64,000 nucleotides of DNA. Source: an uncultured bacterium. GTDB taxonomy: Bacteria; Auribacterota; Erginobacteria; Erginobacterales; Erginobacteraceae. This document shows, in pieces, positions 51,370 to 61,516 of the stretch (positions are counted from its first letter, which is position 1; every line of letters starts with the position of its first letter). The stretch covers positions 256,001 through 320,000 of the forward strand of contig CAWGIE010000026.1 of assembly GCA_963822585.1 (NCBI GenBank), written 5' to 3'. The translations under genes were made by a program, and so were the position numbers. Under the pieces are notes generated by a model. That model was not told the DNA's origin. It worked only from the letters and a program-made list of their open reading frames with translations, and did not search any database.

Positions 51370-53337
51370 ATGAACGATGGAGTGGTCAGAAAAGTAAAAA
51401 GCAGATATGTTTTTTCCATCACGGTCATTATTCTGATCGGCGTTTATTCGGTTGTTTTCTCGATAGCCGGATATCTCCAGTACGTCTCGTTTTCTTATCA
51501 GGACATGGACCTGGCGGCCATCAGCCAGGCTTTCTGGAACGGCGTTCATGGACGGTTCTTTCCCACCCGGCACGCGGGAGAGTCCACTCTTTTTAAAAAC
51601 CACCGCTGGCTGATCGCACTCCCCCTCCTCCCGATTTATGCCCTTTTCCCTTCGGCGGTTACCCTGCTGGTTCTCCAATCGTTCGCCGTGGCCGTGGGGG
51701 CCGGGGCGGTCTATCTTCTAGCCCGGAGACTGCTCGATCCGCCACTGGGGCTGCTCTTTGCGTTCTGCTACCTGATCTATCCGGCCGTCAATTATCTGAC
51801 TCTCTATGAGTTCCATCCGGTTGCCTTTGCCCTGCCCCTGCTCCTCTTCACGTTCTACTTTTACGAGCAGCGCGTATGGTCCCTCTACCTCATGTTTCTG
51901 CTTCTCTCTCTCTCCTGTCGTGAAGATGTCGCCCTCCCGATCTTCGGTCTGGGTGTTTACGCGTTGCTCCGTGGGGTAAAGGAGAGGGACACCGTCGCCC
52001 GCGGCCGCTGGAAGTGGGGGATAAGCGCGATTCTTCTTTCTCTTTCCTGGTTCGCCGTCTGCGTGATGATCTTCCCGCTCCTGATCACCCGTCATCTTCC
52101 GAAGGCTGATCAGCCCGACATCATCCCCCTCTTCTTCGGCTGGCTGGGCCGATCCCCGACGGAGATCGTGGGAACGGTTATTACCCGGCCCTGGTACGTC
52201 ATGAAGGGTGTGCTGACCGGCCCCAAGTTGATCTATCTCTTCCAGCTCTTGGTGCCGCTTGGTTTTCTCTCCCTGCTCTCGCCGAGGAGCTGCCTGATGA
52301 TACTTTTTGCCGCGGCGGAAGGCCTGCTTTCATCCCGGAGCAAGCATTTCTCCATTCCATACCAATACACCGCCCTAATCACCCCCTTTATCTTCATCTC
52401 GGCGATCATGGGCACTCGGAATCTGCTCCGCCGTCTCCGGTTCGGTATCCGGGCCGACTATCTGATCCTTTTTCTCCTGGTGTTCGCTCCTCTCTGCGCG
52501 GCCTGGTTCGGTCCCCTGTCTCATCCCCCGTCTCCGATCCGGGTGTGGCGGGTGACGGAAGAAGATGCTGTCCGGCGCCGGCTGGTTGCCCTGGTACCGA
52601 AAGAATCCCCGGTCCTGGCCACATTCGGGCTGGCCTCTCACCTCTCCGATCGTCCTCTACTCTTCTATTCATTTCAGTTCTGCGGCGGCTGGCGACCCAC
52701 CGGTCCGGACCGGATAGACGTCCCCTTGGTTCAGAGGACCGCCCGGTTCGCGCTGATCGATTTTAACGACCCCCTGACTTTCTATTACTTTTTTGGGCCG
52801 GATGGAGATCGGTATCTGCGCGGCTTCCTGGAGGACGGCTGGCAGTTGGAAGAGACGGTGAATTCCCTGGCTCTTTTCCGGAAGGGAGATGCTCCGGGAA
52901 TCGGTCTGGTCGAACAATCCGACTTGACTGAAGTCGATACGCCTTTTTCTCAACCGATAAAAAATGCTCCAGGCCTTGTATTCCGGGGATATACACTTCA
53001 GCCGGACCGTCGGTTAGGGTTTCCCGTCATAGAAACCGCGGTCTTTCTGCAATGCGATGATACGATCGGAGAGAATTACCTCCTGGGAATCTCCTTCCGG
53101 CACCAGGGCGCGAGCGGGTTTTCTTTCGGGCAATACCTCTTCGCCCCCTTTCGTATTCTGCCGACATCACGATGGGAAAAGGGAAATATTATCCGGCAGC
53201 GATGTGCTATACTGGTTCCGACCAACGCCCCGGGCGGCGCGTATGAGTTGACTCTTTCCCTGGTGCGGCCGATCGGCCCGGTTGAATTCGCGGGAGAGGA
53301 GATTTATACCACGCGTAATGCATTGATGCTGCCTTAA
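51370..53337 (+). CDS. DUF2079-like (GT-C fold) membrane protein with C-terminal periplasmic domain
   Basis: DMDLAAISQAFWN, LYEFHP, SCREDV, many TMs, YQYTA. Confidence 0.75.
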   Translation: MNDGVVRKVKSRYVFSITVIILIGVYSVVFSIAGYLQYVSFSYQDMDLAAISQAFWNGVHGRFFPTRHAGESTLFKNHRWLIALPLLPIYALFPSAVTLLVLQSFAVAVGAGAVYLLARRLLDPPLGLLFAFCYLIYPAVNYLTLYEFHPVAFALPLLLFTFYFYEQRVWSLYLMFLLLSLSCREDVALPIFGLGVYALLRGVKERDTVARGRWKWGISAILLSLSWFAVCVMIFPLLITRHLPKADQPDIIPLFFGWLGRSPTEIVGTVITRPWYVMKGVLTGPKLIYLFQLLVPLGFLSLLSPRSCLMILFAAAEGLLSSRSKHFSIPYQYTALITPFIFISAIMGTRNLLRRLRFGIRADYLILFLLVFAPLCAAWFGPLSHPPSPIRVWRVTEEDAVRRRLVALVPKESPVLATFGLASHLSDRPLLFYSFQFCGGWRPTGPDRIDVPLVQRTARFALIDFNDPLTFYYFFGPDGDRYLRGFLEDGWQLEETVNSLALFRKGDAPGIGLVEQSDLTEVDTPFSQPIKNAPGLVFRGYTLQPDRRLGFPVIETAVFLQCDDTIGENYLLGISFRHQGASGFSFGQYLFAPFRILPTSRWEKGNIIRQRCAILVPTNAPGGAYELTLSLVRPIGPVEFAGEEIYTTRNALMLP

Positions 53338-53386
53338 TCCGATTTATTTCGGCCTGCCGGCAGACTGAAATAAATCGGATTAGTTT
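53335..53386 (+). terminator. Strong hairpin / probable terminator
   Basis: taatccgatttatttc ... gaaataaatcggatta (16-bp perfect stem, cctgccggcag centre) then gtttt. Confidence 0.6.
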
Positions 53387-53497
53387 TGAACCATGCCGGA
53401 GTTTATATTGACAGCAGCGCACAGGGTATTGCCCATAATCTGCTCTGATGCTATTCCCCGGCATACAATGTTTATTATTCATTGTATTTGTTGCGGA

Positions 53498-53639
53498 TAG
53501 TGTTGTGTCTCAAAGATACGTGTATAACCCAGTCATTGCGAGGAGCAGGGCGACGAGCCATCTCTTTGAATTCAAATGAGTTGAGATCGCTTCGCAGAGC
53601 TCGCAATAAATATCAATCTATTTCTGAGACACGACATTA
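53498..53639. mobile_element. MITE-like element with TA-bounded TIRs enclosing a gtcattgcgag-type palindrome
   Basis: tagtgttgtgtctcaaagata and tatttctgagacacgacatta are 17/21 complementary; interior attgcgag...ctcgcaat stem. Confidence 0.55.
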
Positions 53640-53663
53640 AATAAAATCGTTATACCAGGGAAG

Positions 53664-54842
53664 ATGATGAAATCGAGGAGGATAACAGCGCTCGCCGCGC
53701 TTATTCTGCCTTTACTCGGCGTCCAGTGCGGGCAAGCCGCTTCGTCTGATACCATCTCCTGGGATTTCAGCGACAGCGGTCAGTTGTCAGGTTGGAAAGG
53801 GGAGGGGATTGAGGCCAGCCGGGTCGAAGGGGGGATGCTCCAGCTCCGGGGCGGGGAGAGAATACAACTGGCGTTTCCCCCGGGATTGCATATCCCGGCG
53901 GAGAAAAATCCCTACCTCCGGATCCGCCTTCGGATTTTATCTCCCCGGATCGCCCAGGTATTCTGGTTTCCCGAAGCGCCGGGCCGGGAGATCCCGGTCC
54001 TGCCCGTGCAGCTGGATTTCGACCGGCGTTTCCATACGTACTGGGTCGACCTGGCGGATTCCCTGGACTGGATAGGGACTATCGACCGGATGGGTCTGGC
54101 CTTCGGCGGCAAGCCGGGTTGGATTGAGATCGACTCCATTGATCTGGGCCCTTTTTCCCTATCCACCTACCTCGCGGATCAATGGCATGAATTCTGGCTG
54201 CCCAGATTGCTCCATCCCGGTACGATTAATTCTCTTAACGGCCCCCGGTTCTTTAATAAACCGTTCGTAAGCTGGCTCAATAGATTAGCCGTGCTTGTCT
54301 TCCTGATCGGTGCCGTCCTCTATTATAAAACCGGAAAGAATAAGCGGGCCCGGATCGTCGCCCGGACCGGATTGGTGATTCTGGCGCTCTGGGTAATATA
54401 TGATGTCCGGGAGACCTATAGTCAGTTTAAAATAGAGGAGGAGATCCAGCGGGTGTATGCAAAACCTCCTCTCGATCTGAAGACATTCCCCGCTCTAGGT
54501 GACTTTTATAGGTTAGTAGAATTCTGCCGCAAAAAGATTCCGGAAGAATCCGTGTTCCGTCTTCTCCCAGAACCATACTGGCCTTTTGACTGCCGGATTA
54601 AATATTATCTTTACCCCCGACATATAGAAACTGATAAAACCAGATCATTTTATGGAGTCACGCTCCCCAGATATTATATTGTCTATAATGCCCCCGGATT
54701 AACCTATGATTCGACCCGCGGACAAATTGTTGACGGGACTGGGCAAGCGTATACCGGCAAAGGGAAAATAATCGCGCGGTATAATAAAGACTCGTTTATC
54801 TTCCTGGAGGAACAACCGTGGTCCTCAATACGCTCAAAATAA
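53664..54842 (+). CDS. Membrane-anchored hypothetical protein with N-terminal carbohydrate-binding-like domain
   Basis: Signal peptide, beta-rich domain (WDFSD, HTYWVDL, IEIDSI), two TMs, soluble tail. Confidence 0.55.
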   Translation: MMKSRRITALAALILPLLGVQCGQAASSDTISWDFSDSGQLSGWKGEGIEASRVEGGMLQLRGGERIQLAFPPGLHIPAEKNPYLRIRLRILSPRIAQVFWFPEAPGREIPVLPVQLDFDRRFHTYWVDLADSLDWIGTIDRMGLAFGGKPGWIEIDSIDLGPFSLSTYLADQWHEFWLPRLLHPGTINSLNGPRFFNKPFVSWLNRLAVLVFLIGAVLYYKTGKNKRARIVARTGLVILALWVIYDVRETYSQFKIEEEIQRVYAKPPLDLKTFPALGDFYRLVEFCRKKIPEESVFRLLPEPYWPFDCRIKYYLYPRHIETDKTRSFYGVTLPRYYIVYNAPGLTYDSTRGQIVDGTGQAYTGKGKIIARYNKDSFIFLEEQPWSSIRSK

Positions 54843-56227
54843 TTTTCGCTTATTCAATCCCCACGATCATGGGGATCATCCTGCTCAGTGGGCTGGAGCG
54901 CGGGCGGGACAAATGGGGCGGGGGAGAGAAGATAGCGTTAGGGTTTGTCCTGGGGAGCGGTATTATCGGTTTTTACCTGTTTTATCTGGCCGTCCTGAAA
55001 ATTCCGTTCAGTTTCTGGACGATCTTCCCGCTTTTCCTGATATTTCTTTTTTGGGGATTCATTCTGGTCAAGAAGCGGGGGTTTAACAAGCTAATACATT
55101 TCTCTTCTCCGATTTTATTTTCCCGCGAGAAAAGGGGCGGAAAAGCCATCGTGGCCGGATTAGGCGTCCTTCTGCTCTGCAAACTGCTACTGATCGTTTA
55201 TAATGTTATCGTTAGCCCGACATACTTTGACGACAGTGTCTCCAATTATAACTACAAGCCGAAGGTTTTTTACCAGCATCGTTCCGTTGTATTCAACAGC
55301 GATGACCCGGATTATTTAGGCGGCTATCGTCCCGCCTACCCCGAGGGAATACCGTTATTCAAAACCTGGGTTACTATCTGCCTGGGCCACTGGGAAGAAT
55401 ACGCGGTGAACCTTTATACCGCGTTTATCTTTATAGCTCTGGGGATAATCGCTTATTTCAACCTGGTCAGATTCCTCTCTCGTCTGACCGGTTTTATATT
55501 CACTTACGTACTATTGAGCGTGCCGTTGCTGACTTTTCACGCGGGATACGCCTATATAGATATTGTCGCCGGGTTATACCTTTTTTCCGGAATAGCATAT
55601 CTGGTCCGATGGATCAGAGAGGATGACCGCCAGTCCTTATTTTTATCCGCGCTTTTATTCGGGGTGGGATTATCCGTCAAGGATGAGATGATGGTTCTTT
55701 TTATCTGCGCCCCGTTACCGGCCTTGATCGCATATCAGCTTTTATCCCGCGTCAGGATGATAAATATTATTAAAACCACATCGCTGTATCTGGGGGTTGT
55801 CCTGATTTTTAATATCCCCTGGTTTCTGATTAAACTGATATACCGGCTTCAGATGGGCCCGCGGCCTGACCAGAGAGTATTTGAATATCATCCCGAGGCT
55901 TTTAAAATTCTGGCGTCAAACTTATTCAGCACCGGAAATTATACTATTATCTGGCCGGTATTTTTCTGTTCTTTATTATTCTCCTGGTACTGGCTCTTCA
56001 AAACCGAATTAAAATATGTTCTGATTGCCATTGCCGGCGCCCTTTTTATTACCTTGTACTTGTTTATCTTCACCCCCTTTTTCGAATTTTTACAGATCGG
56101 GACGACGATAAATCGCGCGTTGCTCATCATTTTACCGGTCGTCATCTTTTATCTGGCACTTTTTTACGGGAAAGTGACGGGCGGCGCCCCCACATCCGAT
56201 AAAACAAGGAGACCTTCATGCACGTAG
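54818..56227 (+). CDS. Multi-TM protein, probable GT-C (PMT/ArnT-like) transferase
   Basis: About 12 TMs; DDSVSNY, YPEGIP, GYAYID and VKDE motifs. Confidence 0.6.
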   Translation: MVLNTLKIIFAYSIPTIMGIILLSGLERGRDKWGGGEKIALGFVLGSGIIGFYLFYLAVLKIPFSFWTIFPLFLIFLFWGFILVKKRGFNKLIHFSSPILFSREKRGGKAIVAGLGVLLLCKLLLIVYNVIVSPTYFDDSVSNYNYKPKVFYQHRSVVFNSDDPDYLGGYRPAYPEGIPLFKTWVTICLGHWEEYAVNLYTAFIFIALGIIAYFNLVRFLSRLTGFIFTYVLLSVPLLTFHAGYAYIDIVAGLYLFSGIAYLVRWIREDDRQSLFLSALLFGVGLSVKDEMMVLFICAPLPALIAYQLLSRVRMINIIKTTSLYLGVVLIFNIPWFLIKLIYRLQMGPRPDQRVFEYHPEAFKILASNLFSTGNYTIIWPVFFCSLLFSWYWLFKTELKYVLIAIAGALFITLYLFIFTPFFEFLQIGTTINRALLIILPVVIFYLALFYGKVTGGAPTSDKTRRPSCT

Positions 56228-57159
56228 CGGTTCTCATCCCCTGTTTCAATGAAGAGAAGACTATCGAAAAAGTTATCGCCGATTTCCGGCGGGAATTGCC
56301 CGGGGCCGTTATCTATGTCGGGGATAATGCCTGCACCGACAATACCGCCCGGCTCGCCGTCGCCGCCGGGGCCACGGTTATCGCCGAGCAGCGTCGGGGT
56401 AAGGGTCACATGGTCCACCAGATGCTCAAGGGGGTGGACGCCGATGTTTATGTCATGGTTGACGGAGACGATACCTACCGGGCCGAGGATGCCTCATCCC
56501 TCCTCGATCCGGTTTTGTCCGGGAAGTGCGATATGAGCATCGGAAACCGGATGAGCAACTACCATTCCGGGTCCTTCGGCCGGTTTCACCTCTTCGGGAA
56601 CCGTCTCATTCGCCTGCTGACCTACCGGCTTCACCGGGTCGACATCCCCGACATGCTCTCCGGCTACCGGGCTTTCAGCCGCCGGACGGCAAGAGAACTC
56701 AACCTGATCATGGGTGGGTTCGAGATCGAGACCGAGATCAATATTAAGTGCGTCCGGAACGGATCACGCCTGCTCTCGGTTGATGTGGGCTACGGCATCC
56801 GCCCGGTAGGGAGTACCTCTAAAATTCAAACTATACAGGACGGCTATCGAATTCTTCTCACCATATTCATGCTTCTCCGTGAACATCAGCCGATGACGCT
56901 GGGAGGGATTATTTTTCTGGGGGCCAACCTCCTTGCTCTGATCGCGGTAGTCGTCGGGATCGGAAGGGGCAACCCCTGGCTTTTCGGGCTGGGATTGCTG
57001 GCTTCCTTGACCGGTTCCATCGCCCTCGCCTGTGGTATAACCCTTCATGCCGTTAATATCACCCATCGAGAGACCGAAGAACAGATAAGGAGCGCCCGGG
57101 ACCACCTCCTCCAACAAACCCCCGGGACGAACACGGGGCCTGAAAGTGAAAACCGGTAA
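56218..57159 (+). CDS. GT2 DPM1-like glycosyltransferase
   Basis: IPCFNEE, RGKG, VDGDDTY, DMLSGYRAF, GFEIETE. Confidence 0.88.
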   Translation: MHVAVLIPCFNEEKTIEKVIADFRRELPGAVIYVGDNACTDNTARLAVAAGATVIAEQRRGKGHMVHQMLKGVDADVYVMVDGDDTYRAEDASSLLDPVLSGKCDMSIGNRMSNYHSGSFGRFHLFGNRLIRLLTYRLHRVDIPDMLSGYRAFSRRTARELNLIMGGFEIETEINIKCVRNGSRLLSVDVGYGIRPVGSTSKIQTIQDGYRILLTIFMLLREHQPMTLGGIIFLGANLLALIAVVVGIGRGNPWLFGLGLLASLTGSIALACGITLHAVNITHRETEEQIRSARDHLLQQTPGTNTGPESENR

Positions 57160-58146
57160 AGCAGCTTTAATGGTCGCCACCTATAACGGGGAGAAGGTAA
57201 TCGCCAAATGCGTCGCTTCGCTCCTGGCTACGGACTATCCCGACAAAGAAGTGATCGTGGTTGACGATGGCTCCAGCGACCGCACCGCGGAAATACTGCG
57301 GGGTTTCGGGGATCGCGTCACGGTGCTGCAGGGGCATCGAAGCGGAGTCGCCCGGTGCCGGAACCTGGTGATGGAACATACCGATGCCGAGTTCCTCGCC
57401 ACCACCGATGATGACTGCGAGGCCATGCCCGAATGGATCGGGCGGGCTCTCGGCGCCTTTGCCGACCCGACTGTCGGTGCCGTCACCGGAGAGAAGATCT
57501 ACCGGATCACCAACCTGATCTCGGCCGTCCGCTCTCGGGAATACTGGGTCCGGTATCGTAACCGGGGGCGGGAAGCCAAATCGGTCGAGTGCCCGGTCAC
57601 CGTCTTCCGGGTAAAGGCGATGCGAAGGGTAGGGGGCTTTTCCGTCTGGACCAAGGTGGGGGGGAGGACACCGATATCGGCTACAAACTCCGGGAGGGCG
57701 GCTGGCGAATTATCTTCGAGCCGGGGATGGTCGTTTATCATGATCCGGAAGATAGACTGAGACTCTACATCTCCCGCAACTACCGGAACGCCCGCGCGTA
57801 TGTCCGGGTATTCTCCACCAGGAAAAGCGAACACAGCCTTAACGACGATTTCTTCCCCTGGTATGTCCAGTTTCAACCATTCTTTACCCTGGCTTTCTGG
57901 ATTTTCCTGCTGGCCGGTTTTTTTCTCCCCTGGTGCTTGCCGGCCGCGGCGGTTCTTTTTCTCTTCATCAACCTGAGTATCCTCAATATAACCAGGCAAG
58001 TCTTTGCGTCACAGGGCAGATCGTTAAAAACGCTGCTGCTCTCCAACGGCATTCTTATTCTTCGCAATACGGTCTGGATGGCCGGGTTCTTCGCGGGGCT
58101 TAAAAATATTGCCATCGGCAAGACTGAGGAGGGGGCGCGGAAGTGA
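57146..58146 (+). pseudogene. GT2 glycosyltransferase frameshifted at a G7 tract (57658-57664)
   Basis: VDDGSSD, TTDDDC, GGF; adding one G restores KVGGEDTDIGYKL and the TM tail. Confidence 0.8.
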
Positions 58147-59570
58147 TCCTTTTTCTCAATGCTCCCGGTGTCGCGTTCCATCAGAGATCGAGCCGCTGGG
58201 GAGGGAAGGTTAACCGTTCCGGCTATCTGGTCCCGCCTATTTTTCTGGCCGTCGCCGCCGCCCATCTGCGGGCGCACGGCCTGGATGTCCGGATCATCGA
58301 CGCCGCCGCGTTAGGCTGGGACGAGGCGACTCTCAACCGGCGGCTGGCTGATCTCAAGCCCGAGCTGGTGATAATTGAGGCTTCCACTATCAGCGTCCGG
58401 CAGGACGCGGAAACGGCCCGCCGCATCCGTGAACGGCACGGCGCCCGGGTCGCCCTGGTCGGCCTGCACGTCAGCGCGTTGCCGGAAGAATCGCTGCGCG
58501 ACTTCCCGGTCGATTATATTTGCGTCGGGGAGTATGAAAACACCCTTCTCGAGCTGGCCCGCGCCCTCAAGGACGGGGGCCCCCTGGAGGCCATTGCCGG
58601 CCTGGGCTGGCGGGATGAATCCGGCCGGCCCCGGATAAACCAGGCCCGGCCGCTCGCCGATATCAATAACTTTCCGATGCCGCTCTATTCCCAGCTCCCC
58701 CTGAACAGATATTGGGATCCGATCGCCCGCAACCATCCCTGCATCTCGATCAGGACCATACGCGGCTGTCCTTATCATTGTTCCTATTGCGTCGCGCCGC
58801 AGGTAATGTACGCTGGGAAGGTCCGCTACCGGCGACCCGCCCTGGTGGTTGAGGAAATAAAAACCCTGATCGGGATGGGGGTGAAGGAGATCTTCATCGA
58901 TGACGAGACTTTCACCTTGAAACCCGGGCACGTCATTGAAATCTGCGAACTGTTATTGGAGTCGGGGATTCGGGTGGACTGGAGCTGTTTCGGGCGGGTG
59001 GACACCGTTGACCGGGGACTGTTGGAAAAGATGAAATCCGCCGGGTGTTACATGATCCGGTACGGGGTGGAAAGCGCCGATGAGACAATTTTGAAAAATA
59101 TCGGCAAGGGGTTTACTCCCGAACAAACCGAACGGGCCTTCCGGATTACCCATTCTCTGGGACTGAAAACACATGCCACCGTGATGTATGGTTCTCCCGG
59201 TGAAACGGCTGAGAGTATGCGGAAGACACTGGAATTCACGATCCGCCTCGACCCCGATTACGCTCAGTTCACTATTACCACCCCCTATCCCGGAACCAGG
59301 TATTACCGGGAGATGGTGGAATCGGGGAGAATGCTGAGCCGGAAGTGGGAAGATTATGATGGCTCCTGCCGGATGATCGTCCGGCTCGACTCTTTGCCGC
59401 CCGCTCAGGTCGAGTCTTTCGTGGAGTATTCTTATCGGCGTTTCTATCTGCGTCCGAGGTATTTTATCAAGAGACTGGGCGGGATCCGGCGCCGGGGGGA
59501 AGCGCGGTATCTTCTTCGTTCCGGCGGCAACTTTCTGCGACGCAGTCTTCTGGGAAAGGACGGAAGATGA
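58143..59570 (+). CDS. B12-binding radical SAM protein
   Basis: PPIFLA..AA, GLHVSALPEESL, RGCPYHCSYC, DDETF, GVESA, PYPGT. Confidence 0.9.
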   Translation: MILFLNAPGVAFHQRSSRWGGKVNRSGYLVPPIFLAVAAAHLRAHGLDVRIIDAAALGWDEATLNRRLADLKPELVIIEASTISVRQDAETARRIRERHGARVALVGLHVSALPEESLRDFPVDYICVGEYENTLLELARALKDGGPLEAIAGLGWRDESGRPRINQARPLADINNFPMPLYSQLPLNRYWDPIARNHPCISIRTIRGCPYHCSYCVAPQVMYAGKVRYRRPALVVEEIKTLIGMGVKEIFIDDETFTLKPGHVIEICELLLESGIRVDWSCFGRVDTVDRGLLEKMKSAGCYMIRYGVESADETILKNIGKGFTPEQTERAFRITHSLGLKTHATVMYGSPGETAESMRKTLEFTIRLDPDYAQFTITTPYPGTRYYREMVESGRMLSRKWEDYDGSCRMIVRLDSLPPAQVESFVEYSYRRFYLRPRYFIKRLGGIRRRGEARYLLRSGGNFLRRSLLGKDGR

Positions 59571-61222
59571 GGAGCATCCGCCCCGTCACCGCCGCTGTCA
59601 TTATTCTCGCCTTCCTTACGCTGGTTTTCGACTATTTTTATCTGATTCGAGATGAGGCCCCTTTCAGTTGGGACGAAGCCCATCACTCCATCTTCAGCCT
59701 GCTTATCGCCCGCAGTCTGGCCTCCGGCGACATAAGCGCTTTCTGGAGGCATACTCACTCCCAGGTTTATTGGCCGTTTTTTCACTCCTGGGTTTCTGCC
59801 CCTTTCTTGCTGGTCGGCGGCTACAATTACGCCGCCGCCCGCATGGCCACTGCTTTCTTCGGAGCCGCTTCCATCTTCCTGATCTATATTCTCGGTCGAA
59901 AATTCTTCGGGAGCGCGGCGGGCGCTCTGGCCGCGCTGCTGCTGGCGCTCTCTCCGATGTATCATGTCCTTTCTTCGACCGCGATGATCGAGAACGTAGG
60001 TCTTTTTCTAACCCTGATCCTGTTCCTGCTTTTCAGTCGCGTCTGGGAAGGGCAGGGGAAGGGAGCGGCGATCGGGGCGGGCGCCCTGCTGGCGGTGCTT
60101 TACCTGACCAAGTATATTTACGGGGCGTTCTTCGGCGCCGCGCTGGTCTGCTTTCTGCTGAGTCTGCTGGTTTACAAAGCCGAGGGGATCGATCGGGCCC
60201 GTGCTTTTCGCTCTTTGCCCTGGGTGGCGGCCGGTTTCCTCCTGGTCTGCGGGCCCTGGGTTCTCATCCCTCCCACCGCCGCCAAACTGAAAATGTTCTT
60301 TTTCCGCGTCGGCGACACGGGAGCATGGAATCCTTTCGGCTATTCCCGCCTTGACAACCGGCTGTTCTTTATCCGCGCCCTTTATTACGCTTACGGTTTT
60401 TCAATCGCCACGTATTTGATCTATATCGGCGGTATCGTTTTCGGGTTTGTTCGCCTGCGGGAGGCGCGAGCGCGATTTCTCTTCTTTTTCTTCCTGGTTA
60501 ATTTTGTCCCGATGTCACTGATCGTCAACAGCCAGGAACGGTTTGCTTACCTTGGATTCCCCCCTCTGCTCATCCTCTCCGCCGCCGCCCTGGTCCGCGT
60601 CTGGCAAAGACTGAATAAAGGATTTAAATGGGCCCTGGCCGCGATTTTAGCCTTGTTGATGCTCGGGGACGTCCCTAAACTGCCCGCTCTCTATCGCCAG
60701 ACCGCTAACGCCGTTCTTTCATTTAATCTGCATCGCCAGGAACTTCGTTTTGACTATTCGACCTTTTTCGGCCTGGCTTCCGCCCCCCGTTTTATCCGGT
60801 ATCCGAAGGAATATTTCAATCCGGCGGCGGCAACAACCATGCCGGAAGATACGGGGGCGGTAATCCGCTACGTAAAATCGGTTACCGATCCCCGCTATCC
60901 CCTCTGCGTTTCAGCCTGGCTGGGCACTCTGCCGCCTCACCTGTGGCAGTGGGAATATTATTTGGCCGGGCGCCCGGTGATTACCACCTGGGACCCGAAC
61001 GCCGTCTACTTCCTCCGATTCGATGTGGAGGAAACTTCTCCCTATAATCGGCTCGGCAACCGGCATTTGATAAAGGGAATCCGAACCCAGGCCGCCGTCC
61101 TCGATCGGCTCCAGAAGGATGGCCTGGTCCGTAAAACGGCGGAGCGCCGATTTCCCGGCACCGGTCTTTCCGCCCAAATCCTGGTTCGGACCGCGCCAAC
61201 GGACCAACCCGGCTGGCGGTAG
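59567..61222 (+). CDS. ArnT/PMT-family (GT-C) glycosyltransferase
   Basis: WDEAHH loop, YWPFF, ARMATA, LTKY, ERF; many TMs. Confidence 0.78.
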   Translation: MRSIRPVTAAVIILAFLTLVFDYFYLIRDEAPFSWDEAHHSIFSLLIARSLASGDISAFWRHTHSQVYWPFFHSWVSAPFLLVGGYNYAAARMATAFFGAASIFLIYILGRKFFGSAAGALAALLLALSPMYHVLSSTAMIENVGLFLTLILFLLFSRVWEGQGKGAAIGAGALLAVLYLTKYIYGAFFGAALVCFLLSLLVYKAEGIDRARAFRSLPWVAAGFLLVCGPWVLIPPTAAKLKMFFFRVGDTGAWNPFGYSRLDNRLFFIRALYYAYGFSIATYLIYIGGIVFGFVRLREARARFLFFFFLVNFVPMSLIVNSQERFAYLGFPPLLILSAAALVRVWQRLNKGFKWALAAILALLMLGDVPKLPALYRQTANAVLSFNLHRQELRFDYSTFFGLASAPRFIRYPKEYFNPAAATTMPEDTGAVIRYVKSVTDPRYPLCVSAWLGTLPPHLWQWEYYLAGRPVITTWDPNAVYFLRFDVEETSPYNRLGNRHLIKGIRTQAAVLDRLQKDGLVRKTAERRFPGTGLSAQILVRTAPTDQPGWR

Positions 61223-61516
61223 GGAGATCTGTGATTATTACCGATGGGGCGAAGATGAGCGCCGCCGTTTGCCGGATATCACCATATCCTTTCTTATGCA
61301 ATCAGCCGGCCGGCAACGGAATTTTTGCGAATGTACAGATGAAATAATATCGATGGTAAAAACGAGCTCCGGAGGTTACTATCACCGATTGCCGGTTAGG
61401 CATATACTCATTCCCGAGTGAATACACCGGATGGATACGCCTGGCCCTCGGCCCGCTGCTCCGGCGAGCCTTGAGAAAAATTATCAAAACCGTACTCGAT
61501 CGCGGGGAGGTAAATC

